Origin: Haliotis rubra
Lineage: Eukaryota
NCBI RefSeq assembly: GCF_003918875.1
Contig: NW_025766988.1
Span: forward strand, 1,054,001-1,118,000
Direction of reading: 5' to 3'
Length of the DNA stretch: 64,000 nt
The notes under the pieces were generated by a model. It saw only the letters and a list, made by a program, of their open reading frames with translations, had not been told where the DNA came from and made no database searches. Positions 27,809 to 40,432 of this stretch are shown piece by piece. The translations under genes and the position numbers were made by a program. Numbering within the stretch: the first letter of the stretch is position 1; the number at the start of each line of letters is the position of its first letter.

Positions 27809-28058
27809 ACCCGTGAAGGTCCGGGTTAGAATATTGATCTTCAGTAACCCATGCTTGTCGTAAGAGGCGACTAACGGGATCGGGTGGTCAGGCTCGCTAA
27901 CCTGGCAGACACATGTCATCGTATCCCAGTTGCATAGATCGATGCTCATGCTGTTGATCACTGGTTTGTCTGGTCCAGATTCGTATAATTACAGACCGAC
28001 GCCATATAGCTGGAATATTGCTGAGTGCGGCGTAAACCTTAACTCACTCACTCACTCA
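27809..28058 (+). mobile_element. SINE-like family B (about 250 bp), representative copy
   Basis: acccgtgaag...cgtaagaggcgactaacgggatcgggtggtcaggctcg...gctggaatattgctgagtgcggcgtaaa(ctca)n; 3' tail shared with family A. Other copies at about 22318-22590, 27520-27720, 31334-31655(-), 33047-33328, 34328-34541(-), 38518-38761(-), 39500-39710, 43210-43457, 47660-47830(-), 48490-48598(-), 55712-55812, 61810-61885(-), 63195-63375. Confidence 0.9.
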
Positions 28059-30600
28059 CAGGTTTATCTGGTTCTGACTCAGTTATTTACAGACTGCCAT
28101 AATATAGCTGGAATATTGCTGAGCGCTTTATATTATATTGTAAAGCACCAAACAAGCATAATTAGGCTAGTCATAGGATGTATCAGATAAACTCATCTCC
28201 ATCCAGTGTTCCAGACCTGATCATTTTCTAGAATTCTTGATTGTCCTCCATGTCTGAGAGAAATTTAAAAATTTAGTTACATCGTTGAAAAATGCCCTAT
28301 CTAATTGTACACCTGAAAATGTCAATTTAGTCCCCAGAAAAAGTAATGACTGTTCATCTGTTTCCAGAACGAAGGACTTTTCCTGGATTCCAAACTCAGT
28401 GCCCTTGACTGGCAAATTGGGTAAATTGTTTTTTGTTAATAACTGAGACTTATAAAAGTTATTATAATAAATTTTAACATCGCAAGGAATTCAATAGTAT
28501 AAAAGTGAGCATGAAAAACTCTTCCCCTTCCAGAACAGAACAGAATTTATTCACTATTTTGGCTGTATGGCCTAAAGTACAATTGTAATTAAAATTTGTT
28601 GTTTTTAACTTCATGTCCCTAGTAAAGTCACCTACCTCTACAAATCCATGACTGTATTGGAAATTATATTTATAATATAAACTTTGTATATTTTCACTCC
28701 ACTGTTGGAATTCAAACTGATATTTCTTGCAGATTTGGGGCTGAATACATGCCTCTGTGCATGTCTAGATGCATACTGGCACACACTTACCATTTTGAAA
28801 GGTTTTGTTATTTTTAGCTTGATGTTAAATTACAATAACTTCCATGTTGTCCTCTTCACACATCTAACCATTTCACTACCAAAAGAGGCTACAGTGTAGA
28901 AATGACACCTCCTGATTGACCTAAAATGAGATTCTGTGTGGATGATATGTATGACCAAGATTCTTTATCACCATACCTAATGATGTGGAAGGTCATTAGT
29001 ATCTACTGGCTACTTCTTAACTTTCACATTGCAGATTGCTAGGATACAGTAAGACAAAGAGACCCATTCACTGCACAAAAATGTTTTTGTGTCCAAAGAA
29101 ATTTGACATTTTTACCTAGGATGAGCCTTAGAGGTTTGTGCATTTAAATTGTTACATGTGATAAATTTTGTTTTAGTGCGTAATAGTTTTTTCTACTTTA
29201 CTTGTAAAATATGCATGGATTTTAAAGTAATATAACAGCAAAATAACAAAAATGAATCTTTGTAAGAGCATCTTATTTGTTTTAGTAATAAGTAACAATG
29301 CATAATTATATCCCTATTTAATGTATTTTGTTCAATCATTATTAACTTCTACACATATATATTTTAGTAATTCGACTTAATAATATCACAAAGGGTATTT
29401 ATGATTGTTTATATCACATATTAGAGAAATAGGAAGAGTTGCATCCCCTAAGCTTGTCTGCGATGTCACATATCACGTATGATGTACGCCTATTGACGAT
29501 TTATAAAATGAGAACATGACATTAAAATGACACCAGAACAGTCAGTAGCCTTGGTGGACCGCTGGTCTTTGTTTCATCACAGTTTGTCCCGGAGTTTGGT
29601 CAACATATCCTATGGGCTTGCACATTACGGACGAATGACGCTTTGTTGATTGTCATTTCCTTGAGCCGTAAGTACTGAAACACGTTACATGAATGGAAAA
29701 GGACTTTGCCAGTTTTTAAAACAACACTTTTACTGTTACCTTAAATGTGATGTTAACAGCCTGCTAAAACGTATTGATCAATCACCAACATGTGCTTTCC
29801 GTCTCTGCCAAATTACTCACGGTGAAGGTCAGCTACAGGTAAGGGCAGGTAACTCCGAGTGGCTAGGGAGAGGTTACTGCTGAGTTCTGTTTGTTGTTGT
29901 TAAGATTAATATCATGCGAATTACGGTTGCACTTTTTTACACACTTTATGAATTAGTAACTGAATGTGTGTTTAAGCCCCACGTAGCACTGTTCAAAGCT
30001 ATTGAGGATCAAGGCAGGAGCGGATACATCTTTTTTAGGATGTGTGTGTGTGTGCGTGCGTGTGTGTGCGCGCGCAGTCCATTTTCACCCGCTTTCACGA
30101 GTTTCAATAGTCATTTAATACACATTCAGGACAAGGGGGTTGAGGGGGGTGGCGAGAGTTCCGCCTATGCAAAGGGAATTATAACAGTGTTTTTGCTAGC
30201 TACATGATTTCCCGGCAGGATTTACGATATCCCGCTGGCTATCAGTAGCAATGGTGTAAGCTATGCTAGCCATATAAATTCTTGAACAGGGTATCTTAGA
30301 CATCTTCTATTTGAAATATGGGTGATATGGTTTAATTTCTTAACCAAGTCTTTATTGATACAAAGATTATATTTGTACTCAGAATTACCCAGCCCAAGAT
30401 GACCTTTTCAGTACTGAATTAATAGACGTAATCACCTTTAACAATATTTATTTCAGTTTACAGATGCATAAAAAAACACCGATACACATGTATTTTTACA
30501 TGCTTCTCACTCGCTCACATTATGTGTTTCGCATCCGGTCCTCGGCACAGTCACAGAATTACATATATCTACAGTAGCGTAATAAACCAAATAATCTACA

Positions 30601-30758
30601 NNNNNNNNNNNNNNNNNNNNNNNNNNNNNNNNNNNNNNNNNNNNNNNNNNNNNNNNNNNNNNNNNNNNNNNNNNNNNNNNNNNNNNNNNNNNNNNNNNNN
30701 NNNNNNNNNNNNNNNNNNNNNNNNNNNNNNNNNNNNNNNNNNNNNNNNNNNNNNNNNN
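30601..30758. other. Assembly gap
   Basis: Run of N. Confidence 1.
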
Positions 30759-31406
30759 TTTACTTTTCTACCTTTACTTACTTTTTATTCACAGTTTGAA
30801 ACAAAATCATAAACACTACAACAATAAACACAATAGCTAGACATGAGCACTTGATCACGTGAGTATCAGGTTGCGACCATTGATATTCTTGGGTGGGGAG
30901 GGAGGGTGGTGCTTGGTGCTTGATGTCAATTTCAGCTGCAGCGGCAAAACCAGGCATTTTACTTCGAGTTAAACGCTTTCTTAACACATCTACAAACAAT
31001 ATATATTTTGTGGTAAAATATTTGTTTCTTCAGTCCGAAGCATGATGATGTTGCTTTCAAGAATTTTGATGACAACATTCCAGGGCGCCGTTCCACTAAC
31101 CGATCTTATCTAAGATCAATCTTAGCAAGTTACGCCAATTTTACAATCGTCTTAGCTAAAAGTTACACCCGTTCCACTAACCGATCTTAGGCCGATCGTA
31201 GCCGGTCCCGATCTTACGATCTGATCCAAGCTTAGATCGAGACTCTTTCGTGCGAGAGACAGAGGAATGCGAGGCACGAGTTATCTCCCTTTGCATAATC
31301 TAGCAAATGATGGAAGTAGTTTACGAACCAACTGAGTGAGTGAGTGAGTTTAGTTACGCCGCACTCAGCAATAGTCCAGCTATATGGCGGCGGTCTGTAA
31401 ATAATC

Positions 31407-31472
31407 TAGCTAAGATGCATAGCGTTCACTAACATGAGCATTCATGTTAGTGAACGCTATGTATCTTAGCTA
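31407..31472. repeat. 66-bp near-perfect palindrome inserted in a family B copy
   Basis: tagctaagatgcatagcgttcactaacatga-gcat-tcatgttagtgaacgctatgtatcttagcta. Confidence 0.9.
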
Positions 31473-32590
31473 TTATTAATCGATCTGGACCAGACAATCC
31501 AGTGATATACAGCATGAGGATCGATCTGCGCAGTTGGGAACCGATGACATGTGTCAACCAAGTCAGCAAGCCTGACCAACCGATCCCGTTAGTGGCCTCT
31601 TACGACAAGCATGGGTTATTGAAGTTCAGTATTCTAATCTGGGCCTTCATGGGTATTTTTCGGACCAAGTGTAAACGTGGAGAAAAAACCTAGAGCAAAA
31701 TATTAGGGTAGTGAGCACCTTGGTTTCAGGTGCAAGTGCGTGAGAACGCTGGGTATCAAGCATAATATAATAATAATAAATGCATATTTATAGTGCGCCT
31801 ATTCCACATCCTTGGGCATGCTCAAAGCGCTGTGTACAGATAATTTACACGAGAATATTTACAGCCAAGATTATAAGTAATATACTGAGAACAGGTTTTA
31901 AGTCTGGACTTAAAAAATGTGAATTGTGTCAGAGCTTTTATTATGTGTCTGAACCTTGTCAATCAGAATAAACAAGGCGTGACGAGGCATCCTCTATAAC
32001 GTATCTAGAATCTGTCAGTGGTCTTGAATAACACGCGGCCTGCCTTTAGAATCCCCCACCAAATAAGCGCACGTGAAATCAAACATATTTGTATCTTTTT
32101 TGTTTCAGAACATTGTTCACTTCAGGGCTGTCCCATTCTTAACCATGACGTTGCAATATTGTTGTACAAATGTCTTACAAATGCTCGGTTGTGTTCCCAT
32201 GACGACAGTGGTCAGACTGGCCTGACATTTGTAAGGCTTCAGTGCAGTGTTTGTTTACATCACAGAAACATACAAATTCATTTCATGGGGGATTTTAGTG
32301 GACGCTCACGGTGAAATGCTCGCTCTTATTTTTCACATAGAATAGGAAAGCCACCATTTTGGTTTCTCTACGATTGATTTAAGCTATCCTAAGTTGGTCA
32401 TGAGCAACTTAGACTTTGAATCTTAACATTACGATTGTCTTGGGTAAGATTGGTTAGTGGAACGGTATGCCGATCGTAACGTCACGATAAAGGCTTGATT
32501 CAGTTATGGGTATCTTAGATGATCATTCTCGTCGATGTAAGATATTTGGTTTATGAATTATATAACTGATATTGGTAGTTTTACTGGATG

Positions 32591-32977
32591 TTACACCACC
32601 ATTTGGAAGTAGGTTTTTTTGGTAAGTGGTAGATTGAACTTGGGTCTAGTGCCCTGCAAGTCTTCAATACACTTCATATAACTTTTCTTTGCGCAGTTGT
32701 GGACGTACTTTGTTTCGTCCAGATAATACACTGTCACCTTCTCCAGGTCTCGCTGACTCAGGCGTTTAATAAAGTCGAACAGATCTGACCGGCCGTGACC
32801 GCTGAAGTGACTCTTCAGTGTAGGTTTGATCTTACAGGACATCGGGCCCACGTAGATTGTCTGCCAGTTGTAGGCGATCTTGTACACTCCTTTGACATTA
32901 TATGGGATTTGTTCCATCTCGGTGAAGGGGATGTGGCCTGTCTGCAGAACATTGCATGGCTTCATCTTCAGCAAACC
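32591..32977 (-). CDS. ZnF-GIY-YIG family copy 2, GIY-YIG-like exon (no long tail)
   Basis: Acceptor tttatcctag|G at 32977 (phase 0). GVYKIAYNWQTIYVG...LKSHFSG...VHNC...SYMKCIEDLQGTRPKFN is clearly homologous to copies 1 and 3. Phase does not match the upstream donor. Confidence 0.8.
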   Translation of the reverse strand, partial: GLLKMKPCNVLQTGHIPFTEMEQIPYNVKGVYKIAYNWQTIYVGPMSCKIKPTLKSHFSGHGRSDLFDFIKRLSQRDLEKVTVYYLDETKYVHNCAKKSYMKCIEDLQGTRPKFNLPLTKKTYFQMVV

Positions 32978-33808
32978 CTAGGATAAATGGACAGACAATG
33001 AAAGCAATGTTTAACGCCGCACTCAGCAAGCAATATCACAGCTATATGGGTTAGAACTGATCATGCTCTTCAGTAAGCCATGCTTGCCGTAAGAGGCGAC
33101 TCGAGTAACGGGATCGGGTGGTCAAACTCGCTTACGTGATGAAGGATAACAATATATGGATGAACTTCTTTATTGCTGTGAGAGCGGGTGGTTGACACAT
33201 GTTATCGTATCCCAATTACGTAAATCGATGCTCATGATGTTGATCATTGGATTGTCTGGTCTAGAGTCGATTATATACACACCGCCGCCATATAGCTGTA
33301 ATATTGCTTACACTCACTCACTCACTCAGTACTTGATTCCTATCGCTTCTTTTGTATTGGTTCTTGAGCTGCGTATTTGTGACCTTTCGTCAAAGAAAGT
33401 GCATGTTTCACATTAGAAGCTGGGCTAATGGACTGGTCAGTCATTACAGGGGCGAGTGAGATTACACGATTATTGGCAGGGGGTGTTGGTGGAATGACAT
33501 GAAAAAATGACAGCGAAAGAGGATATGAGTGTGGTGGAGCCGTGTCTTTAAAAAAAGTGAAACGTGAAGATTTCTGTGGCACTTGTGTGTGTTGTAGGGG
33601 GTAATGGTGGATGAAAACACCGTTCATTCGTATTTTGGGATGGGAGTGGGTCCTCTTCTTCCGTAAATAATTTACCAGTCGGTTAGACGGTGCATTTAGT
33701 GCACGTATAACGCCGAGGCGATGGTCAAGTTGTAAGTGACAACATGCCAGTTTGTTCTGCTTTCATGGAATTTGTTACTGAGAAGGTTGATGGTTTTATA
33801 GAACATAC

Positions 33809-34215
33809 CTCAATCCCACGAACAACCGTGTCTGTTTTGGTCCAGTCGTAGTACCCTTCGGCTTCTTTTTGGATGGTTCTCCACTGAGATCATCCAAAGC
33901 ACGTTTCTTGTTCTTGGTCGTCTTCAACAGGCTAGCAAAGTCCACAGTTACGTTTGGGTCCGTGAGCGACCACGACTTTGTATCCGACAGAGGGGCTGAT
34001 GTTGTGCCAGACATATTCTCAGAATATGGCACTAATGAATCACACGAGGTGTCAGAGACGTCATCATCTTCATCCTCATCGGGGCTGACCCTCATCACGA
34101 CGGTATGGTCACTTGGCGCACATCCACACGTGGTGCAGTTGACACCGTCGTCCGGAGCGTTATAGCTGTAGCAGCTACGACATTTGCAACCGAAGTTGAA
34201 TTCTGCTGGTTCCAT
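33809..34215 (-). CDS. ZnF-GIY-YIG family copy 2, coding exon 1 (Cys6-His module, acidic patch, bipartite NLS-like segment)
   Basis: Acceptor cctttcag|C at 34224, ATG 34215, CKCRSCYSYNAPDDGVNCTTCGCAPSDH, strong donor AG|gtatgt after 33809 (phase 2). Confidence 0.78.
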
Positions 34216-35194
34216 CGCACCGTGCTGAAAGGATAGGGCATATATTCACCATGTTAACATTTGAATCGTTTGTATTTCATTGTGAACGTCGCAATCAGTC
34301 GGGGAACAGTGTCACATAAAAGAATGGGTGAGTTTAGCATTACGCCGCACTCAGCTATATTGCGGCGGTCTGTAAATAATCGAGTCTCGACCAGACAATC
34401 CAGTGATCAACAGCATGAGCATCGATCTACGCAACTGCATTTGTCAACCACGTCAGCGAGCCTGATCCCCGATCCCTTTAGTTGCCTTTTACAACAAGCA
34501 TGGGTTAATGAACACCAATTCTAACCCGGATCTTCACGGGTTGACAAACAATTAATAGCCATTGAAATCACAAGATCGTCAACTTAGACTCCTGTTGTAG
34601 TTATCGAATCCCATGAAACGCTATGTGTTATAAGGTCCACAGCAACTGGACCTCGAGTAACAGTTGATCCCAGAAACGTATGATGCACTTTTGTAATGCA
34701 TAATGTACACACCCACGTACGCACACTAGCACGAGAGCACGCACTCACACGCACAACGCACACACACATAGGGATTTTCTGAAATGTGGATTGAAAGTTT
34801 CTAATATGTATGCTTTACACACGTTTTTGTGGAACGTCTGGTTATTTTCATTCTTTATTGACCGTCTCATTCATCACCGAAGTTGTCAGGACATTCCGGG
34901 GTTATCAACGCGTCATACTTAACCCGTGTTGATATGTTCTATATTCCACGGGTGTTAGACTAAAGTAATGAGTCACTGTACTGTCCGAGGTATACGTCAC
35001 AGGGTTAACATTGTCATGCCGTTATGTAGACTACACTATATGTGTTTCCGGCAACAGTGCGAACCTTTCCTATGCCACTGTTCGACATGGTAGCAGTGTT
35101 CGTCCACACACATACAGGCAAACACAGAGAAACAGACACACACAGGGACAGACAAAAATAAAACTCAATGGGAAAAATCTCCCCCTCCCTCCTT

Positions 35195-35500
35195 AAAAAA
35201 ACAACAAACAACAAACAAACAAAATAAACAACCAACCCTACCCCACCCCAAACAAACAAACAAACAACAACAACAAAAAACACACCATAACACAAAAAAC
35301 CCCAACCCAACTCACACAACAAAATGCCAACAAATACAAAAACCACAAAGAAACAACTCCAAACAAACATAAAACCCAAACACCACAATAAAAACAACAA
35401 ACAAAAGCATTCAATTTTTTTTTTCAAATAACAAAAACAACAACCCCGAAGCAACAACAACACAAACACAACACAATTCCCTCCAGCAAAAAAACAAAAC
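35195..35500. repeat. A/C-rich low-complexity tract
   Basis: Almost only A and C; abuts the Tc1 left end. Confidence 0.9.
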
Positions 35501-35721
35501 CGAAAGACATGCCGCTATATATAGAATGACCAGAAATTATTGAGAATTTTAGGAATATGTTTAATTGGATTTCTAGTATTTATATAAACAACCTTGACCA
35601 GCTATCAAGTGCTTAGTTTCATTCAAGAGAGACAACCCTGTTAATCCTTTTTCATTAGTTTGTGAAGAGTTATCCCCATTTGTTTACTTGATAGCAGACG
35701 ACATTTTCAGTGATCCTCAGA

Positions 35722-37236
35722 ATGGCTGATTTAGAGAAGAGGAAGTTGATTTTAGAGTATAACAAGGACATCAGATCAGCTAAAGTGATTTCAAGTAGAA
35801 CAGGCATCCCTTTGTCCACTGTTTATCGTCTTTTGAAAAATATTGCAGATGGACATGGCATTGAGCACCATGGAGGCGCAGGTAGGCCCAGAAAATTGAC
35901 AGTCGGTGACAGGAGGAGGCTTGGTATTCTTGTTTCTAAAAACAAACGAAGGAGTTTAGAAAACTTAAGGCTGGATATGATTGATAGAGGACCTGTGGCT
36001 GTCTGTAAGGAGACAATTAGAACTGAGCTCCATGCAATGGGTTGGCAGAAAAGTAGAGGAATTCCATCACCGATCATGAAACCTGAACAAAAGGAGCGAA
36101 GGTTGAACTGGTGCTTACAGCATAGAAATTTTAACTGGGACAATGTGATTATCTCAGATGAAAGTTCTGTGTGGCTGTTTCCTAATACACTGAAATTCTG
36201 GACCAAACAAACTAAAAAACATTTGTATCAGCGCCCAAAGTACAGTCCGAAATTTAACGTGTGGGGTGGCATATGTGTGTTAGGGGCAACGCCCCTCTGT
36301 GTATTTGAAGGGAATATGAACAGGTCTGTCACACATTGATGTGTACACCCAAGCAGGTCTGTCACACGTTGACCTGTACACTCAAGCAGGTCTGTCACAC
36401 ATTGACCTGTACATCCAAGCAGGTCTGTCACACATTGACATGTACACCCAAGCAGGTCTGTCACACATTGACCTGTACACCCAAGCAGGTCTTTCACACA
36501 TTGACGTATACACCCAAGCAGGTCTGTCACACATTGACATGTACACCCAAGCAGGTCTGTCACACATTGACATGTACACCCAAGCAGGTCTGTCACACAT
36601 TGACCTGTACACCCAAGCAGGTCTGTCACACACTGACTTGTACACCCAAGCAGGTCTGTCACACACTGACCTGTACACCCAAGCAGGTCTGTCACACATT
36701 TATGTGTACACCCAAGCAGGCCTGTCACACATTGATGTGTACACCCAAGCAGGTCTGTCACACATTGACATGTATACCCAAGCAGGTCTGTCACACATTG
36801 TCCTGTATACCCAAGCAGGTCTGTCACACATTGATGTGTACACCCAAGCAGGTCTGTCACACAGCGGTACACAGATATTGTCGAGGGACATTTACTTCCA
36901 TCTGCTCACGTGTTCTATGGAAATGTTTGGATTTTCCAGCAGGACAACGACCCAAAACATCGTTCAAAGCATTCACAGGCCTGGTTTCGGACCCAAAATA
37001 TGACATTATTAGATTGGCCAAGCTATAGCCCTGACCTAAATCCAATAGAAACTGTTTGGGGACTTATGAAGGAAAGTGTCAATAAGAAAAATCTGACAAA
37101 TATTGCTGAAATGAAAGAAGAGGTGGTCCGATATTGGGACAGCATGGACCACGACTTTCTAACTTCTTTGATCAGTAGTATGCCCCGCCGCATTGAAGCC
37201 TGCATTGCTGCCCATGGTGACTTGACAAAATACTAA
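35722..37236 (+). pseudogene. Tc1 transposase, disrupted
   Basis: HTH region, GRPRK linker, ISDES (D1), FQQDNDPKH (D2), WPSYSPDLNPIE (E), with 34 residues between D2 and E. Split by the 33-bp array, which has TGA in the transposase frame. Confidence 0.92.
36321..36863. repeat. 33-bp minisatellite, 16 full units plus a partial unit
   Basis: Unit CAGGTCTGTCACACATTGACATGTACACCCAAG; first and last CAGGTCTGTC lie 528 bp (16 x 33) apart. Confidence 0.97.
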
Positions 37237-38925
37237 CTGTTCACCTGTCTTTGAATCTGGAGTTATGTTCTGCTAATATTCACATTTAATACGTGAGTAA
37301 TGAGTGAAAAATATATATAAATTTGCAATCTTTAAATTCTCAGTAATTTCTGGTTGTACTGTACATGCACTGATCTTCGTTCACATTGTACATGCTGCAC
37401 CATACATATCATCATCACCCCTACTTGCCATAAATTGTGAACAGTCCCTAACACCACAGGCCTTGTAAAACTTGTGTTAAAGCTGAGTCATATGATTTAC
37501 ATGCTGTGGTGTACCCTGATCAGAACTTTTTTGGTGTGAGCGTGTCACTATGTTCTTCCTGTAAACATGTCAATGTCACTAAGTAAACAATGCATATGGA
37601 GCACTACTGATAAACGTGACGCATACACAAGACCAGCGAATGATTGTAATCAAAAGGCCTTCCTGGAACTAAGATAGGTGATTCGGAGCAGTCTGGTTGT
37701 GTTGAAGTAGATTATATAGTGTTAAAATGTGAGAGTTAACAATTAGTCTGTCAGTGAAAGACATGTCTAATTGTTCTACCCGTACAACGTTTAGCCATTT
37801 CAACCGTGAGCTGTGTTATATGTGTGTGTGCGCGTGCGTGCGTGCGTGCGTGTGTGTGTGTATGCATGTGTGAGCGTGTGTGTGTAAACCCTGAATGTAT
37901 ACAGTGTGAGGATAGACATAACTATACAACGCGTACTTGTGTGTGTGTCTGTTATAGACTATCAGCTACATAGTGCATCATTGTTAACCTAGTGGCAGGT
38001 CACTGCGACACTGCACACGTAGAATTTACATAAATGGTGACGTGTACAGTTTTTAACCAATAGTAAGTATACTCATGCCAATAATGGTTGTCACCCCCTC
38101 CCCAACCCACCCCACACCTCCACACCCCTCTCAAATTAAAACAATTGAAGGGGGTGACAACCATTATTGGCATGAGTATATAATACTGCCCAATCCCGTA
38201 AGGTCCTTGCAACTTAAATTTGTTTTTGCGTTTCATCAAACCATATGAAAATTTGTAAATTAGTATAAACAGAAGTCACATTTCTCCACCGACATAACAA
38301 AATGAAATTACATTCAATAAGAAATTGGGTCATATTACCTGCCACCGATGAAGTAATATGTCTGCTGCAGGTGATATCCCGCAGGTAGCTTGCTATCAGA
38401 AACGAAAACACCGGTGTCGAGGCAGTTTTGTTACACCTTGCGGAACATCCATATCAACAAAACATGCCTCATTGGTACACCGATGTTATAACGAACCTGT
38501 TATAGCGAACCGGAATATGAGTGAGTGAGTTTAGTTTTACGCCGCACTCAGCAATATTCCAGCTATACGGGGGCGGTCTGTAAATAATCGTGTCTTGACC
38601 AGACAATGCAGTGATCAACAGCATGAGCATCGATATACGCAATTGGCATACCATGACATGTGTCAACCAAGTCAGCGAGCCCGACCACCCGATCCCGTTA
38701 GTCGCCTCTTACGACAAGCATGGGTTACTGCAGATCAATTCTAACCCGGGCCTCCACGGGTCCCAGAATAGGACACCCCATGCCATCAGTGATAACATGC
38801 TAAACACAAATACCTTAATCTTGGCTGATCAGCTGTACTGTAATATCCTTTAAGCCTTTGTCCCTAGAATAACACGAACTGCAGGGCAGAAGAAAGTACA
38901 CACTTGAAAATTGCATCTGAACATA

Positions 38926-39358
38926 TACTTCTCATCAAACGTTTAGACTCACTAATGTAAATATAGCCACGTACTTCAGGTAACTGTTCCAAACTAGATT
39001 TGGCAAAATATTCCATACTGATTAAAGGTACTGTTTACACATGAACTGATGTATGGTAAACCAAATTCGTAACGTTGAAAATGTTATTGTGATGAGTTCA
39101 ATAAATGATGAAACTCAGTGAAACTTGGCGAATTCTTAACAAAACTTTACACCAAAACGCAACTGTTCACATTGCACGGTATTTGAACATGCTTTTCAGC
39201 AATTTGATGTGTGATCCTCGTTAATTCAGCTGCATAAAGTTTGCAGTTGGTTCCCCCAAGCTAGTGGAAAAATCAATCTTCGATGTAACCATATATATAT
39301 ATATATACATAACATATAGTGAGTGTTGAAGGTGAGTCTAAACTTTTGAAGAGAAGTA
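38926..39358. mobile_element. Tc1/mariner-type MITE, copy A
   Basis: TIR TACTTCTCATCAAACGTTTAGACTCAC, TA flanks; colinear with 45804-46214. Confidence 0.8.
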
Positions 39359-40432
39359 TATATTAGAAATAGTATCAAAACGCTCCAAGGATATAAGCAG
39401 TCACCAAAACACTGCACGTGTACTATATTTTACATCTGCTATCTGTTTGCAAATTAAACCTGCCTACAATATATAAATGTACCTGTCAAAAAGGTATACT
39501 ACCCGTGAAGATGCGGGTTGGAATTGGTCTTCAGTAATCCATGGTTCTCGTGACTTTCGGGTTCAGGTGGTAAGGTTCGCTGACTTGGTTGATGCATGTC
39601 ACTGTATCTCAATTGCTTAGATCGATGCTCATATTGTCAGTCACTGGATTGTGTTGTTCAGACTCAATCATTTACAGACATATAGCTGCGTTTAACATCA
39701 AACAATCAACTTAAGGGTACACAATCACACACCCACACACACGCACGCACGCACGCACGCACACACACAAAGACATCTTAGGATAATTAAACAAATCTTC
39801 CATCGATAAATCGTTTATTAAAGTAAAAAGTGTCTGAGTTGAAATAGGCAAGCATCAATTTAACACAGTGTGGAAGGTTACATGTTTGTGGCAAAACGTG
39901 TTAGTATGGTAATTACTCACTCCATATAGGTACAGTAGAGTATATCCGAGTAATTTTAGCTGTGAGTCAAAACAGCAAATCAAAACGATGCAACAAAAAC
40001 TCCAATGATGGCTGGGCGACCAACCTCAACAGTGGTACAGCTAACAATAATCTGGGATATCACTAGTTTGTCCGAAAGAATAAATGCTAACTGTCATTAA
40101 ATATACATGTATCTGTTATAATTATTTGCATAAAACAAAGTTTTGCCTTCCACGCCCGGTGGAATTAATGCGTGCGCATGGTCCAAAGAACCGGGCAAAG
40201 GAAGTATACATTTAAAACTGACTTGACCAAATTTTACAAACTTTAGCTAAACACAATAAAGCTGAAACAAATCATGTTCAAAGGAGTGATCAGGTCAATT
40301 TTATTTTAGCGTTTCCATGGTTACTGACCATCGTTTGAAGCAAATGGGTTCATCATAGTAAACACTTTCGAACCAATGGTCTTGATCACTGAGAATACCC
40401 CAGGTCCTTGCGTTGTATCAGTGTCTTTCTTC

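Larger units (their letters stand above)
35522..37361 (+). mobile_element. Tc1-family (DD34E) DNA transposon, interrupted by a minisatellite
   Basis: Imperfect TIRs of about 28 bp (ACCAGAAATTAyTGAGAATTT core), TA flanks at 35520-21 and 37362-63, and a transposase inside. Confidence 0.92.

Noticed and set aside
35014-35469. 151-aa hydrophobic membrane-like ORF
   Set aside because: Translation of an A/C-rich low-complexity tract.
36321-36863. CRISPR-like array or Cys-rich repeat proteins (214-230 aa ORFs)
   Set aside because: Units are contiguous with no unique spacers and no cas genes; the ORFs result from a 33-bp period inside a transposon.
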